Assembly: GCA_964372605.1 (NCBI GenBank)
Contig: CAYJUC010000003.1
Coordinates: forward strand, 1 to 35,896
Direction: 5' to 3'
Length of the DNA stretch: 35,896 nt
Source: an uncultured bacterium
Lineage (GTDB): Bacteria; Methylomirabilota; Methylomirabilia; Rokubacteriales; CSP1-6
Shown: positions 27,162 through 35,896 of the stretch, in pieces
Layout: each line of letters opens with the position of its first letter
Position numbering within the stretch: the first letter of the stretch is position 1
Notes under the pieces: generated by a model
The model's input: the letters and a program-made list of their open reading frames with translations, nothing else
Told to the model about the DNA's origin: nothing
Database searches by the model: none
Program-made: the position numbers and the translations under genes

Positions 27162-27466
27162 GGACCGAGCCCCGGCGCACCTGCATTGGATGCCGGCGGG
27201 TGTCGCCGAAGCCACGGCTGATCCGGCTCGTAAGACTGCCGGACGGGCGAGTGTCGGTGGATAGTTCGGGACGCGGGAGCGGGCGGGGCGCGTACGTGTG
27301 CCCGACTCCGGGTTGTCTGGAGGCGGCGCTCAAGCGCGGGAGGCTGGCTCAAGCGCTCCGCGGTCCGGCGGCGGTGGGGGACGAGACCCTGGCGCTCCTT
27401 CGGATCCGAACGGGAGAGGCAGCGCTTGAGAGCCGGGAGCGTGAAACCTCGGCGGTGAAAGGGTAG
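27158..27466 (+). CDS. rnpM: YlxR/RnpM family (DUF448) RNA-binding protein
   Basis: RRTCIGCRRVSPKPRLIRLV...GRGAYVCP motif. GTG overlaps the nusA stop (GTGA). Conserved position between nusA and infB. Confidence 0.85.
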   Translation: MRTEPRRTCIGCRRVSPKPRLIRLVRLPDGRVSVDSSGRGSGRGAYVCPTPGCLEAALKRGRLAQALRGPAAVGDETLALLRIRTGEAALESRERETSAVKG

Positions 27467-27472
27467 GGGACG

Positions 27473-29953
27473 ATGGCCGCACGGGTAAAGGTGATCGATC
27501 TGGCCAAGGAGCTGGGGGCGACCAGCAAGGAGTTGCTGGTGGCCCTGGCGGAGATGGGTTTGAAGGGCCAGCGCACCGCTACGCCCTTGGAGGAGCCGAT
27601 CGCTCGCCAGCTTCGCGCCCAGTTCGGCCGCGGACGGAAGATGGCGCCCGCCCCCAAGGCTCCGAAGGCGACCAAGCCGAAAGCAACGGCTGTTACGGTT
27701 GAGACGCCTGTCACAGTTGAGTCGCCCGTCACAGTCGAAGCGCCGAAAAAGAAGGCTCCGAAAAAAGCCGCTGTCAGGAAGCCCAAGGAAATCGCCGCGC
27801 CCGAGGTCAAGGTTCAGGAGACGGTGGCGGCCAAACCGGTGGCGGCGAAACCCGCGGAGATCCATCTCCCCGAGCCAGCGCTTCCCAAAGTCGAGCCGAA
27901 GCCCGTCCTCAAGGCAGTCAAGCCGGAAACGAAAGTCGCCCCCGCCCCTCCGAAGCTCAGGCCGATCGAGAGGATCCCTGCGCCTCCTCCGCCGCCTCCC
28001 GCGGCGCCCCCTGCGCCCAAAAGGGTCGCTCCGCCGCCCGCGGCGAAAAAGGTCCCGATTCCCGCTCCCGCGGCTGCCGCGCCGCCTCCACCTCCGGCCC
28101 GAGTGGCCGAGCCCCGACCGATCGTTCCCCCGCTGCCACCGCCCGTGGTTCTACCGCCACCTCCGGTTCCCGAGGCGCCTCCTCTCCCGCCGCCCCCGGT
28201 GGAAGTCAGGCGCGGGCTTATCAAGCTCCCCGAGTCGGTCACCGTGGGCGAGCTGGCGTCGAGCATGCGCCGGAAGTCGGTGGAGGTCATCAAGGCGCTC
28301 CTCGAGATGGGGGTGATGGCCACCGTCAACGAAATCGTGGACCCGACCGCCGCCAAGCTCGCGGCGGACAGGTTCGGCTTCGACGTAGAGATCCGCTCTC
28401 TGGAAGGAGAAGAGGTTCTGGACGAGGAGGTGGATTCCTCCCAGCTCCGGCTTCGCCCGCCGGTGGTGACGGTGATGGGACACGTGGATCACGGGAAGAC
28501 ATCGCTCCTCGACGCCATCCGCCGGACCAAAGTAGTGGAAAAGGAATTCGGCGGGATCACCCAGCACATCGGCGCCTACCAGGTGGAGACTTCTCACGGG
28601 AATGTCACCTTCCTGGACACCCCGGGTCACGAAGCCTTCACGGCCATGCGGGCGCGCGGGGCCCAGGCCACCGACATCGTCATCCTGGTGGTGGCGGCGG
28701 ACGACGGAGTCATGCCCCAGACCGTGGAGGCCATCAACCACGCCAAGGCGGCCAACGTGCCGATCATTGTGGCCACCAATAAGATCGACAAGCCCGGCGC
28801 CGATCCCGAGAGAGTCAAACGCGAACTCTCCAATCTGGGACTGGTCCCCGAGGAGTGGGGCGGGCAAACTATCTTCGTGCAGACCTCGGCGAAGCAAGGG
28901 ACCGGCGTCGACAGCCTGCTGGAGATGACCGCGCTCCAGACCGAGATTCTGGAGCTCAAGGCCAACCCCCAGCGGGCGGCCAGGGGCGTGATCGTGGAAG
29001 CGAAGCTGGACCGGGGCCGGGGCGCGGTGGCCACCGCGCTTATCCGGCAGGGAACCCTCCGCGAGGGGGATGCTGTGGTGGTGGGCCGACACTACGGACG
29101 GGTGCGGGCCATGTTCAACGACCGGGGGAAGAAGGTGCGCGAGGCCGCCCCGTCCGATCCCGTCGAGATCCTCGGGCTTTCGGGAGTTCCGCTGGCCGGA
29201 GACACGCTGGTGGCCGTTGACGATGAGCGGAAGGCCCGGCAGATCGCCACCGTCCGCCAGGATCGGGAGCGCGAGAAAGCCAAGGGAGCGGTGCGGGTGA
29301 CCCTGGAGGATCTTCACAAGCGGATCACCGCCGGCGAGGTGAAAGAGCTCCGCTTGATCCTGAGGGCCGATGTCCACGGATCGGTGGAGGCCCTCACCGA
29401 GTCGCTGGAGCGCCTCTCCACCGACGAGGTGAAGCTGAAGGTGATCCACGGTTCGGTCGGCGCTATCACCGAGACCGACATCATGCTGGCCGCGGCTTCC
29501 AACGCCATCGTGCTGGGGTTCAACGTCAAGCCCGAGCCCAAGGCAGTGACTCAGGCCCAGGCCGAAGGCGTCGATCTGCGGGCGTACAACGTCATCTACG
29601 AGGCCATCGACGACATCAGGGCAGCCCTGTCTGGGCTCCTGGCTCCCGAGATCCGAGAGACCTCACTGGGCAAGGCGCAGGTGCGCGCGCTCTTCTCCCT
29701 CTCCAAAGCGGGGACCGTTTTGGGTTCCTATGTCCTCGAGGGAAAGATCGCGCGGAATGCGAAGGTCCGGGTGCGGCGGGACGCCGCCGTGCTGGGGGAG
29801 GGGGTCATCAACTCGCTCAAGCGGTTCAAAGACGACGCGCGGGAGGTCGTTCAAGGACTCGAGTGCGGCATCGGGGTCGAAGGCGTGAGCGGTGTCCAAG
29901 TGGGAGACGTGATCGAGGCGTACACCACCGAAGAAGTTGCCCGAACCCTTTAA
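27473..29953 (+). CDS. infB: Translation initiation factor IF-2
   Basis: 826 aa. G-domain [26 protein letters not shown]. Pro/Ala-rich variable N-terminal region. Confidence 0.95.
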   Translation: MAARVKVIDLAKELGATSKELLVALAEMGLKGQRTATPLEEPIARQLRAQFGRGRKMAPAPKAPKATKPKATAVTVETPVTVESPVTVEAPKKKAPKKAAVRKPKEIAAPEVKVQETVAAKPVAAKPAEIHLPEPALPKVEPKPVLKAVKPETKVAPAPPKLRPIERIPAPPPPPPAAPPAPKRVAPPPAAKKVPIPAPAAAAPPPPPARVAEPRPIVPPLPPPVVLPPPPVPEAPPLPPPPVEVRRGLIKLPESVTVGELASSMRRKSVEVIKALLEMGVMATVNEIVDPTAAKLAADRFGFDVEIRSLEGEEVLDEEVDSSQLRLRPPVVTVMGHVDHGKTSLLDAIRRTKVVEKEFGGITQHIGAYQVETSHGNVTFLDTPGHEAFTAMRARGAQATDIVILVVAADDGVMPQTVEAINHAKAANVPIIVATNKIDKPGADPERVKRELSNLGLVPEEWGGQTIFVQTSAKQGTGVDSLLEMTALQTEILELKANPQRAARGVIVEAKLDRGRGAVATALIRQGTLREGDAVVVGRHYGRVRAMFNDRGKKVREAAPSDPVEILGLSGVPLAGDTLVAVDDERKARQIATVRQDREREKAKGAVRVTLEDLHKRITAGEVKELRLILRADVHGSVEALTESLERLSTDEVKLKVIHGSVGAITETDIMLAAASNAIVLGFNVKPEPKAVTQAQAEGVDLRAYNVIYEAIDDIRAALSGLLAPEIRETSLGKAQVRALFSLSKAGTVLGSYVLEGKIARNAKVRVRRDAAVLGEGVINSLKRFKDDAREVVQGLECGIGVEGVSGVQVGDVIEAYTTEEVARTL

Positions 29954-30024
29954 GACCGGTGGCCTCCTCGGCACGATCAGGGTCTTCTCGGTGGGCTTGC
30001 GCCCCGGTGAGTCGGGGGTAGGTC

Positions 30025-30315
30025 GTGACGGCGGCGCGCGTGGCCTTGGGGACGGTGGAGCTTCACCTCCCGGCGGTGAGGTCGCTCAAAGAGAAGCGGC
30101 ACGTTCTCAAGGGGCTCCAGGAGAAGCTGAAGCACCGCTTCGGCGTCTCCGTGGCCGAGGTGGACCATCACGACTCATGGCAGCGGGCTACCCTGGCGGT
30201 GGTCTGCGTCTCCCACGAGTCCCGCCATGCCAATGAGGTTGTTTCCAAGGCGGTTCATTTCCTTGAGTCCCTGGTGGATGGCAACGTGATTGACGTCTCC
30301 GTCGAGATCCTCTAG
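30025..30315 (+). CDS. DUF503 family protein (YlxP-like)
   Basis: LGTVELHLPAVRSLKEKRHVLKGLQEKLKHRF... fits the DUF503 pattern. Conserved position between infB and rbfA. GTG start. Confidence 0.8.
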   Translation: MTAARVALGTVELHLPAVRSLKEKRHVLKGLQEKLKHRFGVSVAEVDHHDSWQRATLAVVCVSHESRHANEVVSKAVHFLESLVDGNVIDVSVEIL

Positions 30316-30382
30316 CGTGCATAATCCACGAAGTTACAACCATATTCTCAGGAGGGCCGACGGGTCCTGAGGCGGACTTTCG

Positions 30383-30766
30383 ATGCAAGGCAAGCGAATC
30401 GAGCGGGTGAACCAGTTGATAAAGGAGGAGATCTCAGGCCTTCTCCAGCGCGAGCTGAAGGACCCCAGGATCGGCTTCGTGACCGTCACCGAGGTCCTGG
30501 TCAGCAAAGATTTGAGCCAGGCCAAAGTCTACGTTTCGATCCTCGGGTCCGAGGCGGAGTGGCGAGCGACGTTCGCCGCCCTCGAGAGCGCCAGTGGATT
30601 CATCCACAATCAGCTCCGGCGGCGACTCAGGCTCCGCGCGATTCCTTCGCTCAACTTCCGCCCTGATCGATCCATGGTCCACGCGGCCCGGATCCAGGGC
30701 CTCCTGGCCGAGCTCAATGCTGGAGCGACCGCCGAAGGTGCCGCGTCCCCCGATGAGGAGTCCTGA
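30383..30766 (+). CDS. rbfA: Ribosome-binding factor A
   Basis: RIERVNQLIKEEISGLLQRELKDPRIGFVTVTEVLVSKDLSQAKVYVS, canonical RbfA. Confidence 0.9.
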   Translation: MQGKRIERVNQLIKEEISGLLQRELKDPRIGFVTVTEVLVSKDLSQAKVYVSILGSEAEWRATFAALESASGFIHNQLRRRLRLRAIPSLNFRPDRSMVHAARIQGLLAELNAGATAEGAASPDEES

Positions 30767-31745
30767 GCCGGTGAAGCCGGTCCCTGACGATCTGGTCCAT
30801 CTCCTCTCCCGTCCCGAGGGGTCGATCCTCTTCCTCGCCCACGTCCATCCGGACGGGGACGTGCTCGGCTCGCTGCTTGGCCTCGGGCTGGCCCTCGCGG
30901 GAAGTGGATCTCCGATCACGGTCGCCGGCCCCCATCCTGTGCCGGAGTCTCTCGCCTTCCTGCCCGGCGCCTCCCTCGTCCAGCAGTGGTCGGAGGCAAA
31001 GGGGACCTTCGACCTGGTAATCCTGGCGGACTGCCCGGATCCAGGCCGGACCAACGGTCTCCTGGAGGGATCTCGCGGTCCCGCGACCCGGGTCGTGAAC
31101 ATCGATCACCACCCGGACAACAAGCGCTACGGGGACGTGAACTGGGTGGACCCGGTCGCCTCGGCCTCCGGGGAGATGGTGTACCATCTCGTCTTGGCGC
31201 TGGGGCTTCCACTCACCGCAGAGGTTGCCGTCAATCTCTTCACCGCCATCCATACCGACACGGGGTCTTTCCGCTACTCCAACACCACAACTCACACCCT
31301 CGCGGTCGCCGCAGATCTGGTGGCCCGGGGCGCGGCGCCTGCCCACGTGGCCGCTCGCCTCTACGAAAGTCGGCCAGCGGCGCACTTGAAGCTCCTGGGG
31401 CGATTGCTTCAGCAGGTTCGGGTCAGCGCTGACGGGCGCGTCGCCTGGCTAGCGCTGCCTGCCGGGAGCGTTCCCGAGGCGTTCCTGGAGGCTGAGGATC
31501 TTGTGACGTATCCCCGGTCTATCGCAGGCGTCAAGGTGGCCTTCCTGCTGCGGGAGGTGGAGGCGGGGGTGAAGGTGAGTCTCCGGGCCAAGGGGGAAAT
31601 CGGCGTAGGGCGAATTGCGGCCCGCTTCGGCGGCGGGGGGCACGCCAACGCCGCGGGATGCGTAATCCCGGGGAGCCTCGAGGAGGCGAAACGGGCAGTT
31701 CTCCGGGCCATAAGCGAGGCGATGAACGCCGGAGAACAGGCATGA
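30753..31745 (+). CDS. DHH/DHHA1 family phosphoesterase (NrnA-like oligoribonuclease / pAp phosphatase)
   Basis: LAHVHPDGDVLGS (DHH motif I-II), DHHPDN, and C-terminal GGGHANAAG (DHHA1). The start is either ATG 30753 (overlapping the rbfA end) or GTG 30771. The ORF-track start at 30594 is rejected. Confidence 0.8.
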   Translation: MRSPEPVKPVPDDLVHLLSRPEGSILFLAHVHPDGDVLGSLLGLGLALAGSGSPITVAGPHPVPESLAFLPGASLVQQWSEAKGTFDLVILADCPDPGRTNGLLEGSRGPATRVVNIDHHPDNKRYGDVNWVDPVASASGEMVYHLVLALGLPLTAEVAVNLFTAIHTDTGSFRYSNTTTHTLAVAADLVARGAAPAHVAARLYESRPAAHLKLLGRLLQQVRVSADGRVAWLALPAGSVPEAFLEAEDLVTYPRSIAGVKVAFLLREVEAGVKVSLRAKGEIGVGRIAARFGGGGHANAAGCVIPGSLEEAKRAVLRAISEAMNAGEQA

Positions 31746-32671
31746 GCGATTCCCCGCGCTCGGGCATCCTGGTGGTGGAAAAGGGGGCTGGGGTCACCTC
31801 CTTCCATGTTGTCGCCCACCTTCGCCGGAGGCTCAGAGTCGCGAAAGTCGGTCATGGAGGAACGCTGGACCCCGAGGCCACAGGCGTGCTGCCGATCCTG
31901 GTCGGAGAGGCCACCAAGCTGGCTTCCTACCTCATGGATTGCGAGAAGGAGTATCGCGCCACGGCCCGGCTCGGGGTGGCCACCGACACCCAAGATCTGG
32001 CGGGGAGGGTCCTCAAGACCTCGGTGGTTCCGCCCCTCAGCGAGGCCGAGATCGCCGAAGTCTGCTCCCGCTTCGTGGGGACGATCCGGCAAATTCCGCC
32101 GATGTTCTCCGCCCTCCATTACCGCGGGCAGCGCCTGCACGAGCTGGCTCGAAAAGGGGTGGAGGTGGAGCGGGAGCCTCGGCAGGTGGTGGTTCACGCC
32201 CTCACGCTCGAAACCGTGACGCTGCCCTCCTTCACGATCCGGGTGACGTGCGGAAAGGGAACGTACGTGAGGACCCTGTGCGCTGACATCGGAGAACGCC
32301 TCGGGTGCGGGGGCGCGCTCGAGTCGCTGATCCGGACCCGGGTGGGTCCGTTCGAGCTCGATCGGGCGGTCCCGTGGACCGAAGTGAGAGAGCTTAATCA
32401 CGCGGAGCGGCTTTGGGCCGCGCTGCTTCCCCTTGACGCCGGCCTCAGCCACTGGCCGGAAATCCGGCTCAGCGAAGCGGAGACCCTGGCGTTACTCCAC
32501 GGCAGAGCCGTGGCTGTCAGCAGCCCCGGGTCCCGCTCCACGGGGTGGGTCCGCCTCTACGAGGCGACCGGACGATTCCTCGGGGTGGGGCGGCTCTCCG
32601 GTGGTGGCGTCCTGGAACCCGAACGGATCCTTCATGGAGATCGTCCGCGGCGTCGAAGCCTACCGGCCTGA
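31742..32671 (+). CDS. truB: tRNA pseudouridine(55) synthase
   Basis: From ATG 31742 (ATGA overlap with the preceding gene): GILVVEKGAGVTSFHVVAHLRR...KVGHGGTLDPEATGVLPI, containing the catalytic Asp motif. Confidence 0.9.
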   Translation: MSDSPRSGILVVEKGAGVTSFHVVAHLRRRLRVAKVGHGGTLDPEATGVLPILVGEATKLASYLMDCEKEYRATARLGVATDTQDLAGRVLKTSVVPPLSEAEIAEVCSRFVGTIRQIPPMFSALHYRGQRLHELARKGVEVEREPRQVVVHALTLETVTLPSFTIRVTCGKGTYVRTLCADIGERLGCGGALESLIRTRVGPFELDRAVPWTEVRELNHAERLWAALLPLDAGLSHWPEIRLSEAETLALLHGRAVAVSSPGSRSTGWVRLYEATGRFLGVGRLSGGGVLEPERILHGDRPRRRSLPA

Positions 32672-33620
32672 CGGCCCTCCCAGCGCTGTGGCCCTCGGGG
32701 CATTCGACGGCGTCCACCTGGCCCATCAGAAGATCCTGGCCACCGCCGTCGCCAGAGCCCGCGCGTCGGGCCTTACGGCTCTTGCTTGCACCTTCGACCG
32801 TCACCCGCTGGAAGTGCTTCAGCCAAACCGGGCTCCGATCCCCATCATGGATCTTTCTGAAAAACTGACCCTGCTGGAGACCTACGGCCTCGACGCGACG
32901 GTGGTCATTCCGTTCACGAGAGAGTTCTCTCAGACGGAAGCCGAGGAGTTCGTCCTGGCCGTGATCGTCGGCCGCTTGAAAGCCAGGGAAGTGGTGGTGG
33001 GGTTCAACCACACCTTCGGGCGCGGCGCTCGCGGAACGGCGGCGCTTCTGGAGCGCCTCGGTGGGCGTTACGGTCTGCGGGTCCACGTGATTCCTCCGCT
33101 TTCGGTTGACGGGGAGGTGGTCTCCTCTTCGGTGATCCGGGAGGCGCTTCGGGCCGGAGACGTCCGCCGGGCCGCGGCGTTTCTCGGCCGGCCTTACACG
33201 ATTCGGGGTCGGGTGCTGAAAGGAAAGGGGCGGGGCCGGCAACTCGGGTTTCCCACCGCCAACCTGCGGCCCGACCGTGAGCTGATCCTCGCCCCGGGAG
33301 TCTATGCCGCCCGTGCCACGGTCGAGGAACCGGTGCCCGCATCAAAAACGGGTCAAGTCGGGTCGGGGCACCCGAGAGTTGAAAAAGGCGCCGTCGTGAA
33401 CGTGGGAGTGCGACCCACCTTCCAGGAAGGGGAGTACTGGGTCGAGGCTTATCTGATCGATTTCTCGGGAGATCTCTACGAAAAAACTCTGACCATAGCG
33501 TTCCTGGAACGGCTCAGACCCGAGCAGAAGTTCTCCGGTGTGGAGGCCCTCAAAACGCAGGTGGGCCGGGACATCGAGTCCGCCACCGAGTTTCTTGCCC
33601 GGCTCGGACCTCTTGTCTGA
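32634..33620 (+). CDS. ribF: Bifunctional riboflavin kinase / FMN adenylyltransferase
   Basis: From ATG 32634: ALGAFDGVHLAHQ, and the kinase part GRQLGFPTANL...NVGVRPTF. Overlaps the truB 3' end by 38 nt. Confidence 0.9.
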   Translation: MEIVRGVEAYRPDGPPSAVALGAFDGVHLAHQKILATAVARARASGLTALACTFDRHPLEVLQPNRAPIPIMDLSEKLTLLETYGLDATVVIPFTREFSQTEAEEFVLAVIVGRLKAREVVVGFNHTFGRGARGTAALLERLGGRYGLRVHVIPPLSVDGEVVSSSVIREALRAGDVRRAAAFLGRPYTIRGRVLKGKGRGRQLGFPTANLRPDRELILAPGVYAARATVEEPVPASKTGQVGSGHPRVEKGAVVNVGVRPTFQEGEYWVEAYLIDFSGDLYEKTLTIAFLERLRPEQKFSGVEALKTQVGRDIESATEFLARLGPLV

Positions 33621-33694
33621 ATTTGCCTTTACAACTCCATGGGGGCGTGTTACTTTGAAGCCGTAATTGCCGAAGGAATCGAGCGTTTTCGGAT

Positions 33695-33736
33695 CCCTCC
33701 CCATCGGCGCCCTCGAGAAGGGTATCGGGGAGGGAG
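33695..33736 (+). promoter_or_regulatory. Structured rpsO 5' leader stem (candidate S15 autoregulatory element)
   Basis: TCCCTCCCC (33695..33703) pairs with GGGGAGGGA (33728..33736), a 9-bp stem enclosing an inner CCCT/AGGG helix. It ends 11 nt before the GAAGGAG SD of rpsO. A candidate promoter TTTACA-17-TACTTT lies at 33628..33656. Confidence 0.4.
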
Positions 33737-33760
33737 ACGTGGTTGTCGAAGGAGCCCACG

Positions 33761-34030
33761 ATGCCCCTGGACCTGGCAAAGAAGCGAACGCTTGTCGAGC
33801 AGTACCGGACCCACGAAAGCGACACCGGTTCCCCCGAGGTCCAGATCGCTCTCCTTTCCGAGCGGATCAATAGCCTGACCGGTCACTTCAAGGTTCACCA
33901 AAAGGATCATCATTCCCGCCGCGGCCTGTTGATGCTGATCGGCAAGCGCCGCGGGCTTCTTGAGTACCTCCGGAAAAAGGATGCGGGGCGGTACAAGGCC
34001 CTCATCGAACGACTCGGGATCCGTCGGTGA
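33761..34030 (+). CDS. rpsO: 30S ribosomal protein S15
   Basis: From ATG 33761 (GAAGGAG 6 nt upstream): [57 protein letters not shown]... Confidence 0.95.
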   Translation: MPLDLAKKRTLVEQYRTHESDTGSPEVQIALLSERINSLTGHFKVHQKDHHSRRGLLMLIGKRRGLLEYLRKKDAGRYKALIERLGIRR

Positions 34031-34058
34031 CGACGGCTCCCGATACCCATCCAGTGCT

Positions 34059-34081
34059 CCGCCCCCCGCTCTACGGGGCGG
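34059..34081 (+). terminator. Stem-loop in the rpsO-pnp spacer (attenuator / RNase III-type processing site candidate)
   Basis: CCGCCCC-N9-GGGGCGG, a 7-bp GC stem. A second small hairpin CCGTCG-GTGA-CGACGG (34021..34036) spans the rpsO stop codon. Confidence 0.4.
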
Positions 34082-34129
34082 CTCCCCACAGCAAGAATTT
34101 CCACCAAGCGCAGGAGGCGTGAAGTCCGC

Positions 34130-35896
<1,767 letters not shown>

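Noticed and set aside
27690-28210. An 18-bp triplicated unit ([18 protein letters not shown]) and long Pro/Ala-rich tracts in infB.
   Set aside because: The N-terminal region of IF-2 is known to be variable and low-complexity, so this is ordinary for the family and not an independent element.

Overview
High-GC (by eye roughly mid-60s %), densely packed bacterial chromosomal window; lineage not assignable from sequence alone. About 24 kb (10.7-35.9 kb) is a conserved, almost entirely plus-strand run of translation, transcription and isoprenoid housekeeping genes: nth, rplM-rpsI, argC-argJ, rpsB-tsf-pyrH-frr, uppS-cdsA-rseP-ispG-proS, rimP-nusA-ylxR-infB-DUF503-rbfA-DHH phosphoesterase-truB-ribF, and rpsO-pnp. 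Many junctions are overlapping stop/start pairs (TGATG, ATGA, GTGA), which suggests translational coupling. The left 11 kb is more accessory. It holds a partial ndh; a sigma-54-dependent response regulator with a cytoplasmic GAF histidine kinase; an odd ECF-sigma-region-2 / PEER-repeat protein; a YceI-like protein; a PduO-type adenosyltransferase; and a GT2 / aminotransferase / methyltransferase / GT-C cluster. The ndh and pnp CDSs run off the window edges, so they are missing from the ORF track and I translated them by hand. For several ORF-track entries (rplM, rpsI, argC, pyrH, rimP, nusA, DHH, truB, ribF, rpsO, yceI) I replaced the N-terminal extension with the internal start that fits the family. 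The strongest hidden signal is a 371-aa LAGLIDADG intein inside ispG, inserted exactly at the third Fe-S-ligand cysteine. Secondary observations are: a sigma-54 -24/-12 match plus palindromes between the NtrC-type operon and ndh; a 43-bp tandem duplication in the rplM leader; a near-perfect in-frame 33-bp tandem repeat in rimP; a GGAATG-rich 26-bp inverted repeat after ispG; a strong terminator only 22 nt before the rimP start; and a possible GT-C/DUF2993 fusion. I saw no tRNA, rRNA, CRISPR array, transposase or obvious defence locus. All domain calls rest on motif recognition by eye and need HMM or BLAST confirmation.
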